Assembly: GCA_018895235.1 (NCBI GenBank)
Contig: JAHIOM010000014.1
Location: 5,203 to 69,202, forward strand
Source of the DNA: Patescibacteria group bacterium
GTDB taxonomy: Bacteria; Patescibacteriota; Minisyncoccia; Minisyncoccales; Staskawiczbacteraceae
DNA length: 64,000 nt
Direction of reading: 5' to 3'
A model generated the notes under the pieces. The model searched no databases and was not told the origin of the DNA. It saw only the letters and a list, made by a program, of their open reading frames with translations. This document shows, piece after piece, positions 53,311-61,851 of this stretch (the first letter of the stretch is position 1; each line of letters starts with the position of its first letter). The translations under genes were made by a program, and so were the position numbers.

Positions 53311-54231
53311 TTATAACCATCTGTTTCGGCTAAAAACATAAAAGACAACCGAAACAATAACAACCGTTCCCGCCATTATTATCCAAAAGACATTGGGGTT
53401 ATTCGCAAAAGGAAGCCCGACGTTCATTCCATACAAGCTGGCAATTATTGTCGGAATTGTAAGTATGACCGTCAATGAGGTAAATAATTTAATAACTTTA
53501 TTTAGATTATTGCTAATAATTGTTGAATATGCCTCACGGATGTTTACAATATTTTTAAGGGTTGAGTTACAAAGCTCGACAAGCTGATTTGTATCTAAAA
53601 CCAAGTCTTCCATTAATTCCTGGTCCTCTTTGTAGAGTTGGATAAATTTACCGCTTATGATATTTTTCAATGCCGGATTTGTGTGTGTAAGGGCTAAAAG
53701 AAAATCGTTAAGTATTTCTTCAAAGTTAACGAAGTTCATAATTATTTTTTCGTTTATTTTGCTGAATTTCGCGCTTATTTCTCTAACATCTTTACTTATA
53801 TTAGATAAGAAGCCGTTATAAGCTTTCATTATTTCGGAAAGAAACCTGATGACCAATTGGGTTTTTTGGGTAGTTGTAAAACTAAGTCTGTTTTCAATAA
53901 ACTTGTTTAGAATTGGGCTTTCGGTTTTTAAAAGCGTCATAACAAAATCTGGACCAACTGTTATTAATAACGGCGTGGTAATAATTTTTTCTTCTGATTT
54001 TTGAGGAACTCTTGTAAATATATAAACTATGTTTTCCTCAATTTCTACACGAGGAACTTCATAGGGATCCATCGCATCTTTTAATGTGTTGGGGTTAAGG
54101 TTAAATTTTCTCTCTAAAAAAGCGACCTCTTCTTCATTTATGTTTTGAGCGTAAATCCAGCAACCCGGTCTAAATTCCTCTATTTCCTTTATAGTTGAAT
54201 CGTTTATTCTTTTTTGGTAGATCTTAATCAT
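53311..54231 (-). CDS. corA: CorA-family divalent cation transporter
   Basis: C-terminal LYGMNVGLPF (GMN motif) between two TM helices. Confidence 0.8.
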   Translation of the reverse strand: MIKIYQKRINDSTIKEIEEFRPGCWIYAQNINEEEVAFLERKFNLNPNTLKDAMDPYEVPRVEIEENIVYIFTRVPQKSEEKIITTPLLITVGPDFVMTLLKTESPILNKFIENRLSFTTTQKTQLVIRFLSEIMKAYNGFLSNISKDVREISAKFSKINEKIIMNFVNFEEILNDFLLALTHTNPALKNIISGKFIQLYKEDQELMEDLVLDTNQLVELCNSTLKNIVNIREAYSTIISNNLNKVIKLFTSLTVILTIPTIIASLYGMNVGLPFANNPNVFWIIMAGTVVIVSVVFYVFSRNRWL

Positions 54232-54415
54232 TATTCTAATATTATTATATAATTTTTATTAAAATTACGTTTGAAGTGCATTTTAGTAGTAGTAATGGGG
54301 ACGGTTAATTGTCTAATAAAAAATTCTACTATTAAAAAACTGCCGAAAATAAAATTATTTATTTGATTGTTTTCTCCGTATTTTTAGTTTAATATTTTAA
54401 TTTATTTACTCTATC

Positions 54416-54578
54416 AAAAAATCACCCAAATTAAAAGGTGGTTTTTGATAACTCTTGATACGACTTGGCGCGGGTGGCGGGACGATTTTCGAACTTTTGA
54501 GTGGGAGAAGGCGTTCCCTCAACCAGAAGTGGCTGTTAAAAAAATTAGACAATTATTAACGCTAATTTAATCTACTCT
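54416..54578 (-). repeat. Conserved terminator module plus GCGCGGG-element, type B copy
   Basis: AAAAAATCACCCAAATTAAAAGGTGGTTTTT, spacer, then GCGCGGGTGGCGGGACGATTTTCGAACTTTTGAGTGGGAGAAGGCGTTCCC...GACAATTATTAACGCTAATTTAATCTACTCT. The 5' end of the element overlaps the Nudix stop codon. Confidence 0.7.
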
Positions 54579-55034
54579 ATTCCTTAAAACTTTTTCTAAA
54601 AGACGCCTAAAATTAGGAAAAAGTTTTATATTATCTAATTCATCTATGCCAAAAAACTGAATATCTTTTAATTCTCCTTCATTGAGCTTGATTTTTCTAT
54701 TATTACCATAAATACTACACAAGTAAACGATGTCATCATGATAATGATTGCCGACTAACTCGCATAAAATCACGTAAGGATTGTATAAAACAGAAACATC
54801 TGCATTGGCATCAGATAAACTATTATCTTTTTCTCCCATTATTTCAACATCTAATCCTGTTTCTTCTTTTACCTCTCTTATTACCGTTTGTTCTGGCGTT
54901 TCATTTTTTTCTATATGTCCGCCAGGATAAAGCCAAACGCCGAGTTTTTTATGATGCACCAATAAAACTTTACCGTTATCTATTATCAATGCAGACGCTG
55001 TAAAATGTTTCTCTAACTCATTATTTTTCGGCAT
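54567..55034 (-). CDS. Nudix hydrolase
   Basis: Nudix box GGHIEKNETPEQTVIREVKEETGL. Confidence 0.85.
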   Translation of the reverse strand: MPKNNELEKHFTASALIIDNGKVLLVHHKKLGVWLYPGGHIEKNETPEQTVIREVKEETGLDVEIMGEKDNSLSDANADVSVLYNPYVILCELVGNHYHDDIVYLCSIYGNNRKIKLNEGELKDIQFFGIDELDNIKLFPNFRRLLEKVLRNRVD

Positions 55035-55053
55035 ATTTTTATTTTACTCTATC

Positions 55054-55084
55054 AAAAAGCCCCCCAAATTAAAAGGTGGCTTCT
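55054..55084 (-). terminator. Conserved terminator module (variant) after the 78-aa gene
   Basis: AAAAAGCCCCCCAAATTAAAAGGTGGCTTC. On the minus strand, GCCACC TTTTAATTTG GGGGGC followed by TTTTT. Confidence 0.6.
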
Positions 55085-55098
55085 ATAATTTAATAGAT

Positions 55099-55335
55099 TT
55101 AATACGACAACTTTATTCCAAGTTTATCCGCTAATTGATGCAACCACTTCTCGTGCCTATCAATTTTCTGCGAAAGCATTAACATTTCCTGGAAATATGC
55201 GTCTGCTTTTTCCGCATATTTATCTACGGCAGTTTGTAACTGAACGAAACCTTTTTCCACTTTATCAAATCTTTTATCAATACCAACAAACTTTTCATCT
55301 AAATATGTAATTAACTCTGAAAAATCTTCTTTCAT
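55099..55335 (-). CDS. Small helical protein (78 aa), paralog of 63545..63787
   Basis: The C-terminal 45 aa are near-identical between the two copies (AVDKYAEKADAYFQEMLMLSQKIDRHEKWLH..ADKLGIKL). Confidence 0.65.
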   Translation of the reverse strand: MKEDFSELITYLDEKFVGIDKRFDKVEKGFVQLQTAVDKYAEKADAYFQEMLMLSQKIDRHEKWLHQLADKLGIKLSY

Positions 55336-55343
55336 ATATTTTC

Positions 55344-55371
55344 ATTATATCTCCGTAAGGAATAGTGTCAA
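55344..55371 (-). promoter_or_regulatory. Consensus sigma-70 promoter; probably leaderless mRNA
   Basis: Minus strand: TTGACA, 16 nt, TATAAT, 8 nt, ATG. Confidence 0.75.
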
Positions 55372-55377
55372 ATGATG

Positions 55378-55490
55378 GCGCGGGTGGCGGGACGATTTTC
55401 GAACTTTTGAGTGGGAGAAAGCGTTCCCCTATCCGAAGATTGCTGTGCAGGAAATAAAGCAATTATTGACACTGATTTAATTACTCTACC
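55378..55490 (-). repeat. GCGCGGG-element, type B copy
   Basis: GCGCGGGTGGCGGGACGATTTTCGAACTTTTGAGTGGGAGAAAGCGTTCCCCTATCC...GCAATTATTGACACTGATTTAATTACTCTACCCT. Abuts the promoter of the 78-aa gene. Confidence 0.7.
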
Positions 55491-55521
55491 CTGTGGCTCA
55501 TTATAGTTTTGAAACTCTTTT

Positions 55522-55797
55522 TTATCGGTCGGTAAGATTATTTACTTCTGTCTTTTCCTGCATCCCCTTGGAATCTTCTTTTCGGCCTACAATATCTGAT
55601 TTTCTTTTTAATAACTTGGGCGATAAGACTAACAATCCTACGATAAACCCCAAGACAAATGTTAATAATAGAATTAAAGATAAAGACCCTTCAAGTTTCC
55701 AAATTAGAAAATTTACAAAAATAATATTAACATTTTGAAGGGCAAAAATAACAGCGAGAATAGCTACGACTAATATAACGATGACAAATAATAACAT
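55522..55797 (-). CDS. LapA-domain-like small membrane protein (91 aa)
   Basis: Two TM helices with the FALQNVNIIFVNFLIWKLEGSLSL pattern. Confidence 0.6.
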   Translation of the reverse strand: MLLFVIVILVVAILAVIFALQNVNIIFVNFLIWKLEGSLSLILLLTFVLGFIVGLLVLSPKLLKRKSDIVGRKEDSKGMQEKTEVNNLTDR

Positions 55798-55834
55798 AAA
55801 AATAAAGAGTTAATTTTATATTTGTTATTATATC

Positions 55835-56030
55835 AAAAAACCACTCCGATTAAAAGGTGGCTCTAGAAAATGGCTTGCACTGAGCTTGTCGAAGTGCGCG
55901 GGTGGCTGGACGATTCTGAAAGTCCTGAGCAAAGTCGAAGGATTCGAACTTTTGAGTGGGAGAAGGCGTTCCCCTATCCAGAGCTTACTATTAGAGAAAT
56001 AAACCAATTACTGGCTTTAATTTAGATTTA
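55835..56030 (-). repeat. Conserved terminator module plus type B element with a 27-nt internal insertion
   Basis: AAAAAACCACTCCGATTAAAAGGTGGCTCT...GCGCGGGTGGCTGGACGATT[CTGAAAGTCCTGAGCAAAGTCGAAGGA]TTCGAACTTTTGAGTGGGAGAAGGCGTTCCCC... The direct repeat CTGAGCnnnGTCGAAG occurs twice. Confidence 0.7.
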
Positions 56031-56065
56031 CCCTACCCTACTACTCATTTTATTGTCTTATAATT

Positions 56066-56090
56066 AAAAACTACCAAAAATGGTAGTTTG
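56066..56090 (-). terminator. Intrinsic terminator after the STAS-like gene
   Basis: Minus strand: AAACTACCA TTTT TGGTAGTTT with a T5 run. Confidence 0.65.
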
Positions 56091-56114
56091 GGATAATAAT
56101 TTATTACTATTAAA

Positions 56115-56486
56115 CTATGCCGCCGCCTCTTTTAATAGAGATAATATATCAATCTTTTCTGGATTAAATTCTGGTTTTTCTTTTTTGGGTAAAACTCTAT
56201 TTGCCGCTATAGCACGAAGCATCTCAGCGACATCATTATCGGCATTTATAAAAGACATTTCTTTTCTATTTAAAGTCCTACTTTCAAATTTTTCTTTTAG
56301 TAAAAGCACTGAGTGAGCCGCCGAACGTGAAATAAATTTAATATTAGTAAAATCCAAAAAGACTAATTCGGTATCAGTTTTTTTAATTTCATCTTCCAAT
56401 ACACTAGCTACATCACGAGAACTTATAATGGGAGCCAGTAATTTTCTTATATTGATTGTGGTTAAATTCTGGCTTTTATTTTTCAT
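56115..56486 (-). CDS. STAS-like (DUF4325-like) protein (123 aa)
   Basis: VFLDFTNIKFISRSAAHSVLLLKEKF resembles the STAS-like fold found next to GHKL ATPases. Confidence 0.45.
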   Translation of the reverse strand: MKNKSQNLTTINIRKLLAPIISSRDVASVLEDEIKKTDTELVFLDFTNIKFISRSAAHSVLLLKEKFESRTLNRKEMSFINADNDVAEMLRAIAANRVLPKKEKPEFNPEKIDILSLLKEAAA

Positions 56487-56527
56487 ATTATTACTTTAAT
56501 TATATTATTATACCACAATAAGTATTA

Positions 56528-57382
56528 TTACTCTATGTACGGAGAAATATCAACAGCGCCAGTTGGTTTCGGTATCCTATAGGCAATAATAGCTCCTTGC
56601 CAGTAGAAATTAGGCAAAGATACTAATTTCTCGTCTTGCCCCACAGAAACTAACGCAGAGGAACCAGAAATTAAAATAAATCCTCCACCTTTTAACGCTT
56701 TGCATACTATATCTTTTGAAGTTCTTATCCCATAACCCCTTTCTTTATCTTTTTTAACTGAATTACCCTCCATCGCTTCTGTAATAGCTTCCGCATCTGA
56801 TAATTTTAACTCTTTTTCCTCTTTATAGGTATTAGCAAATCCTCTCCCACAATCAGCTATACAAATATCTAAATAGTTTTTATTGGGATAAAATTGCCCA
56901 AAAACAAAACCTGATTCTTTCTTACTATGTTCAAAAATGTTTGTTATTAACTCTGCTATAGGGTAACAGACAGCATTTTGAGCTCCAGATATATTACCAA
57001 GTGTTTTATAAATTTTTTCTGAAAATAATGATTCTAATCTTTCTCTATCAACCGTCTTCTCTTTATTCAATACGCTAATTGGTATATAAGTTTTGTATTT
57101 TTGAATCTGTCGTTGGAAAGAAGATATAGAATTTACGCCTTTTGGAAAACTTATTTTTTCTAAGTAAGATTTTATATTGCAAGTGTCTATCTTAACTTCG
57201 CTCTGGGTTTCGTTTATATATGCACTGATTGGCAATATTAAAAGCGGAAAAACCCAATTTAGATATGACAAATCAAATTCCAACTTCTCGCCAAAAGAGA
57301 CACCTTTAAAGGCATTGTAAAAAGAACCCAATTGAGCAACAAGAGATTCGTTATTAGGCTGTAGGATTGTAATACTTTTCAT
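56528..57382 (-). CDS. GHKL-type ATP-binding protein (anti-sigma/HATPase-like), no sensor or TM domain
   Basis: N-box-like ELITNIFEHS, G1-like IADCGRGF and G2-like ERGYGIRT. Confidence 0.55.
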   Translation of the reverse strand: MKSITILQPNNESLVAQLGSFYNAFKGVSFGEKLEFDLSYLNWVFPLLILPISAYINETQSEVKIDTCNIKSYLEKISFPKGVNSISSFQRQIQKYKTYIPISVLNKEKTVDRERLESLFSEKIYKTLGNISGAQNAVCYPIAELITNIFEHSKKESGFVFGQFYPNKNYLDICIADCGRGFANTYKEEKELKLSDAEAITEAMEGNSVKKDKERGYGIRTSKDIVCKALKGGGFILISGSSALVSVGQDEKLVSLPNFYWQGAIIAYRIPKPTGAVDISPYIE

Positions 57383-57432
57383 AACTTATTATTTAATACT
57401 ACCAAAAAATTACCAAAAAGGCGATTTTCTTT

Positions 57433-57580
57433 GCGCGGGTGGCGGGACGATTCCTGTCCCGTAGTGGTCGCCTAGGGCGACCTACTACTGGGGTTCGAAC
57501 TTTTGAGTGGGAGAAAGCGTTCCCCTATCTTGAGTTGATTGTTAGCCAAGTGAGGCAATTATTAGCGTTAATTTAGTTTA
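57433..57580 (-). repeat. Type B element with a 41-nt hairpin insertion
   Basis: GCGCGGGTGGCGGGACGATT[CCTGTCCCGTAGTGGTCGCCTAGGGCGACCTACTACTGGGG]TTCGAACTTTTGAGTGGGAGAAAGCGTTCCCC...GGCAATTATTAGCGTTAATTTAG. The insertion is at exactly the same point as in the 55896 copy. Confidence 0.7.
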
Positions 57581-57603
57581 TCATATCACCATTATTTTTG
57601 GAT

Positions 57604-57635
57604 AAAAAAAGCCCCTTGATGTTATCGCGAGGCTT
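57604..57635 (-). terminator. Intrinsic terminator after the membrane/TPR operon
   Basis: Minus strand: AAGCCTC(13 nt)GGGGCTT followed by TTTTTT. The U-G pair exists only on the minus-strand RNA. Confidence 0.65.
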
Positions 57636-57653
57636 ATTTAAAAATACTATTAA

Positions 57654-58079
57654 CTAGCTGCTTACTCCTGGTGGTGGTTTTGTCCCGAGAAGATTCCAAC
57701 TCACAAGGTTGCCATAATACATACATCCAAACGCTATCAACCAACCGCCGACACATGCCAGACCGAACGTGAGATACCAATGCATGTCGGGATTTTTAAG
57801 CGTTTCTGGATGGAAAAATGTGATAAAAAAACTCATAATTATCACTGCAGTTGCCGAAGCCAATCCAAGTGTTCTTTGTTTAAGTTTTTTTATAAGCTTT
57901 GATGCCGGCTCAACAGAACCGTCTCTCCCGACTAAAGCCACTTTGTCAAAGGATAAGCCGTCATAACGCTCTAATCGCGCTTGTGGTAATCTCAGCAAGA
58001 TCAATGCTGAGACAAAGAAGATAAACAAGAATGGCACCAAAGAAATGCCTGATAGAATTTTCAATATCAATATCATCAT
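57654..58079 (-). CDS. Membrane protein (141 aa, 3-4 TM helices)
   Basis: Hydrophobic helices. ATGA overlap with the upstream TPR gene. Confidence 0.6.
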   Translation of the reverse strand: MMILILKILSGISLVPFLFIFFVSALILLRLPQARLERYDGLSFDKVALVGRDGSVEPASKLIKKLKQRTLGLASATAVIIMSFFITFFHPETLKNPDMHWYLTFGLACVGGWLIAFGCMYYGNLVSWNLLGTKPPPGVSS

Positions 58080-58690
58080 TTTACTGCTCCTTTCTTGACC
58101 TGGGGGTTATTTTCGGGAAGTTTTTCCCAAATAGTGCCTAAAAATAAACACCTTTCTCGATTGCTAGAAATTATCCATTGGATACGTGGTTCATCAGCCA
58201 CAGAACCAGAGGCGGTTTGACCCACTGAGCGGTATCCCACGACAGCATTTTCTAATTCCGCTTCCCACAATTTCTGCGAGGCCCCGCATAGGGCGCTGGT
58301 TTGAGCTTTTGCTAAATGAGCTGGCGTATATGCGGGATCTTTTTTAAGTAATAAGTCAATTTGATAGTTTACTTCAATCAATTTTTCCACAATTTCTGCT
58401 CTGGATTTTAATAATATTGCACTATCAAGCAAAATACCAATTAGGCCATTTCTAAATTTGGGATTGTAAGAATCAAGATCAATGGCTTTTCTAGCCATAC
58501 TTTCGGCCAAATCAAGTCTGCTGAGACGCCCGAAACAAATACAAAGCTCATTATAATTATGTGGATTGTTCGGGCTGAGATAAATTGCTTTTTTAAGCAA
58601 GACAACAGCTTCCTGAAATCTTCCGCCCTCAACGAGAAAAAAAGCTCTTCTATTAAGCAGTCTGGCACGAAATTCTCCAAAGCATTTCAT
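58076..58690 (-). CDS. TPR-repeat protein (204 aa)
   Basis: TPR-like A..A...(Y/F)..A...P repeats (EAVVLLKKAIYLSPNNPHNY, LAESMARKAIDLDSYNP). AAGGAG RBS. Confidence 0.6.
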   Translation of the reverse strand: MKCFGEFRARLLNRRAFFLVEGGRFQEAVVLLKKAIYLSPNNPHNYNELCICFGRLSRLDLAESMARKAIDLDSYNPKFRNGLIGILLDSAILLKSRAEIVEKLIEVNYQIDLLLKKDPAYTPAHLAKAQTSALCGASQKLWEAELENAVVGYRSVGQTASGSVADEPRIQWIISSNRERCLFLGTIWEKLPENNPQVKKGAVK

Positions 58691-58740
58691 ATTGTTCTCC
58701 TTGTGAAAGGACTGGTTTCTTAAAACTACGCGATAGCAAG

Positions 58741-58769
58741 AGAATATACTAATTTAATCACTTTGTCAA
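58741..58769 (-). promoter_or_regulatory. Putative promoter of the TPR/membrane operon
   Basis: Minus strand: TTGACA, 17 nt, TATTCT. Located immediately after the terminator module. Confidence 0.5.
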
Positions 58770-58772
58770 ACC

Positions 58773-58935
58773 AAAAACCACCTCAGTTAGAAGTGGCTCT
58801 TGATATCATTTGATACGACTTGATGGCGCGGGTGGCGGGACGATTTTCGAACTTTTGAGTGGGAAAAAGCATTCCCTGCTCCCGACCTAACTATTAAGCA
58901 AATTAACCAATTATTGGCACTAGTTTAGGTTTGGC
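58773..58935 (-). repeat. Terminator module (variant) plus GCGCGGG-element, type B copy
   Basis: AAAAACCACCTCAGTTAGAAGTGGCTCT, spacer, then GCGCGGGTGGCGGGACGATTTTCGAACTTTTGAGTGGGAAAAAGCATTCCC...ACCAATTATTGGCACTAGTTTAGG. Confidence 0.7.
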
Positions 58936-59062
58936 TCGTGGTGATTTTATGGTCTAGTTTGTATTGCGATGAACCATTGCAACAGATTTATCCTGTTTAT
59001 TTGAGCCATCCAATAGAGAATTTCCCGGTTTAGTCGGCTATCATCAAAAAAATTATTTTTCT

Positions 59063-59767
59063 TTAATTTTTCGGAAATTTTGGTCGCCAACCTAAAAAAT
59101 TATCTAATGAGTGAACGCGCCCCAGAACATTAGAAACCGCATAAAAAGCGGCGAAATTGTTCGGCACTTTGTCGACTTCGATGCACATACGCACCAATTC
59201 TATTAAATCTTCCTTATATAAAAGAACTCTGTCATACAGTGGATCTTCATTAAACATAATTTTATTGTATTTGTTGACACCGCCAAAACGCAGACAAACT
59301 ACCTCAAGGCTATATTTTCTGGAAAAAAAACGGCCGAGGTGCTCAATGTAAACCTTGCCTGCTCCGTATGGTGTGTCGGGAAAATTTTCAGACATTGGAG
59401 ATATATATTCACCAACCATAGCATTAGAATAATCGTTAACGTGAACGGAGCTAGCAATAATAACACGTGAAATCTTTTTTTCTACAGCAACGCGATATAT
59501 ATTCTCTGCCATCATCTTATTCTGCTGAACTATATTTTCATTAGGAAAATCCTCCCGCATATCCCAAGCTAAATGAATTATCACATCATCCTTATTAAGA
59601 AGATCCTTAAATTTTTCATACTCATTGGCAAGATCTATGGCAAAAGTTTTATTTTGGGAAATTTTGTCTATACATAATAAATCAAATGAATCCTTCAGGC
59701 CGTCTTGTAAAATCATCCCCAATGAACCTTGACTGCCAGTTATTACGATTCTTTTTGATTGTTTCAT
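59063..59767 (-). CDS. NAD-dependent epimerase/dehydratase-family (SDR) protein, short
   Basis: ITGSQGSLG Rossmann motif and YGAGK (YxxxK). Confidence 0.7.
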   Translation of the reverse strand: MKQSKRIVITGSQGSLGMILQDGLKDSFDLLCIDKISQNKTFAIDLANEYEKFKDLLNKDDVIIHLAWDMREDFPNENIVQQNKMMAENIYRVAVEKKISRVIIASSVHVNDYSNAMVGEYISPMSENFPDTPYGAGKVYIEHLGRFFSRKYSLEVVCLRFGGVNKYNKIMFNEDPLYDRVLLYKEDLIELVRMCIEVDKVPNNFAAFYAVSNVLGRVHSLDNFLGWRPKFPKN

Positions 59768-59805
59768 GTTTTAGCAGTTAGTAAATTAAAGTTATTTTGT
59801 CTATT

Positions 59806-60813
59806 CTAGTAGATTATACCCATAGCTTCTTTTACCATCTTTATAGTTTCTTGAGCTATTTTTTTCTCGCGATTACTCCCCTCTACCAAAATTTCTTTAA
59901 TAAAATTCGGCCGTTGTTGAAATTTTTGCCTTCTTTCTCTGATTGGTTTAAGAAACTGGTTTAATGCTTCTGCTAATTTTCTTTTTACTTCAGAATCAGA
60001 AACTTTGCCCTTTCTGTATAATTCCTTTAAATTGTTGACCTCGTCGATATTTGGATTAAAAGCGTCGTGATATAGAAAAACTGGATTTCCTTCAACGGTT
60101 CCGGGGATATTTGCATGAATTCTTTTCGGGTCTGTATACATTTTTTTTACTTTCTCAACCACAGTTGCCTCGTCGTCGGAAAGATATATAGCATTATTTA
60201 GCGATTTACCCATTTTCAAATTACCGTCTATTCCTGGTAAACGTGGAATTCTACCGACAACAGCCCTAGGAATTGGAAAAACATCTTTATAAATTTTATT
60301 AAACTTCCTAGCTATTCTTCGCGTAAGTTCAATATGAGGCAACTGATCTTCGCCAACTGGTACAATATGAGCTCTTGCCAATAAAATATCTGCTACCTGA
60401 GTAGCGGGATAATTAAAAAAACCGAGCGATATTTGTTTAGAAATTTGTTTCATCTCTGTTTTTAAAGTGGGATTATTTTTTATTTCCGACAAAGGTATTA
60501 TCATCGATAAAAGCATATAAAGCTCTGCATGCTCCGGAACATAACTTTGGACCACAAAATTGCACTTTTGTGGATCTAATCCCACAGAAAGCCAATCTAG
60601 AGTTATTTCATATACTGCCTTTCTAATTAATTCTATATTATCAGAATAATCTCCGAATGCCTGATAATCAGAAATTAGAAAAAAACAATCAAACTCATCT
60701 TGAAAACTTAACCAATTATCGAGGGCGCCCACAAAATGCCCTAAATGCAAAGAGCCAGTTGGGCGCATACCTGATAAAAGTCTTTCTTTATTTTTAAAAT
60801 CTGATTCTATCAT
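59806..60813 (-). CDS. trpS: Tryptophanyl-tRNA synthetase
   Basis: [15 protein letters not shown] (HIGH), [12 protein letters not shown] and LKMGKS (KMSKS). Confidence 0.85.
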   Translation of the reverse strand: MIESDFKNKERLLSGMRPTGSLHLGHFVGALDNWLSFQDEFDCFFLISDYQAFGDYSDNIELIRKAVYEITLDWLSVGLDPQKCNFVVQSYVPEHAELYMLLSMIIPLSEIKNNPTLKTEMKQISKQISLGFFNYPATQVADILLARAHIVPVGEDQLPHIELTRRIARKFNKIYKDVFPIPRAVVGRIPRLPGIDGNLKMGKSLNNAIYLSDDEATVVEKVKKMYTDPKRIHANIPGTVEGNPVFLYHDAFNPNIDEVNNLKELYRKGKVSDSEVKRKLAEALNQFLKPIRERRQKFQQRPNFIKEILVEGSNREKKIAQETIKMVKEAMGIIY

Positions 60814-60814
60814 T

Positions 60815-61768
60815 TTAGTAAGGAAAATAATTAGAAATATTTTTTGCCATTACCGTAAACGACTCAAGATCTCCCTTGTTATATTTACTATCAACCAATT
60901 CAAATAATTTTTCGTATGTTTCTAATACCCAGTATGGAGATTTTTCAAAAATTAATTTGTAATAATTATCATCTTTGTTAAGTAAAAATCTTTCTTCTTT
61001 TTCCGATTTGAACATTCTGGCTGTTCCTGAAATATTAGGAAGCGGTAAAAAGGCTAAAAAGTTAGGTGATTTGTATTTTTTTTCATATTTCCTTGCAAAT
61101 AAGATACAGGCATGTTGTGCCATATCAGCAACGATTAAATTACGATGAGGTCCAAATAGTTTATCAAAAGCATATGAAGTATTGCAAACAAGCATTCTTT
61201 TGCTAGACATAATCCTTAGACGAGAGTGCAATTGCTTTTTGACTCTATCTTGGGAAATATTAAATAAATAAGTGGAATCTTCGGCAGATAGATGAATGTG
61301 TAGCTCTTTGATAGATTCATTAATTATCTTATCGTACCCTAAATAATTTGTATTTATTATTTCTAGCTCTACACCCAATTCTTTTGCCATATCTTTTGCC
61401 GTTTTTTCTAACTGAGAACCAAGTTTTATATAATAATTGCTTAACTTGGGCTGAAAAATTATTTCTTCCTTCACTCCAATAAATAATTTACATGGCAAAT
61501 TTAAACTGTTTGCTATTTTAAGTGGTATAAAAATCTGCGAAAATGTATTTAGGCAAAAACCCTCTATATCTTTTCTTATACACGGCCCGCCAATTATTAA
61601 TTCTGGTTTTTCATTATCTAATTGTCCACAGAAAAAATCATTCTTAAAAATTTTACTATCAATAAAATTTGATTTTATTCTCGATATATCTTTTTCTGTT
61701 AAAGAGCACTCTTTTTTCAAGATTTGGAATGGGTTAAACGCTTGCATTAACTTGAGGCCTGAATTCAT
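60815..61768 (-). CDS. Divergent class Ic aaRS-like (TrpRS/TyrRS-like) paralog, function unknown
   Basis: [20 protein letters not shown] aligns with the Trp[41 protein letters not shown] aligns with [16 protein letters not shown]. No HIGH motif. 1-nt gap to trpS. Confidence 0.4.
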   Translation of the reverse strand: MNSGLKLMQAFNPFQILKKECSLTEKDISRIKSNFIDSKIFKNDFFCGQLDNEKPELIIGGPCIRKDIEGFCLNTFSQIFIPLKIANSLNLPCKLFIGVKEEIIFQPKLSNYYIKLGSQLEKTAKDMAKELGVELEIINTNYLGYDKIINESIKELHIHLSAEDSTYLFNISQDRVKKQLHSRLRIMSSKRMLVCNTSYAFDKLFGPHRNLIVADMAQHACILFARKYEKKYKSPNFLAFLPLPNISGTARMFKSEKEERFLLNKDDNYYKLIFEKSPYWVLETYEKLFELVDSKYNKGDLESFTVMAKNISNYFPY

Positions 61769-61851
61769 AATTTTGTTATTTTATCAAAAGAATTAATTTT
61801 TTTCAAGTTTTTTAGCTTTTTTAACCAAATCTTTATTATTAAACATTATTT

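Noticed and set aside
54468-54578. Elements as integron attC sites marking gene cassettes
   Set aside because: The units are not overall imperfect palindromes. They lack RYYYAAC/GTTRRRY inverse cores at their ends. No integrase is present, and several flanked genes are housekeeping (helicase, ABC-F).
55378-55490. GCGCGGG elements as tRNA, tRNA-like minihelix or tmRNA pieces (because of GTTCGAA and, in some copies, a ...CCCGCGCCA end on the minus strand)
   Set aside because: No cloverleaf can be drawn on either strand. The TTCGAA is not flanked by a complementary 5-bp T-stem at the right distance from the GC-rich end. The CCA is present in only 3 of the copies.
58940-59062. Extra partial element copy (CCGGGAAATTCTC, resembling the type A hairpin) downstream of the epimerase gene
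   Set aside because: Only about 13 nt of similarity, without the GCGCGGG or GTTCGAAC cores. Too little to call a copy.
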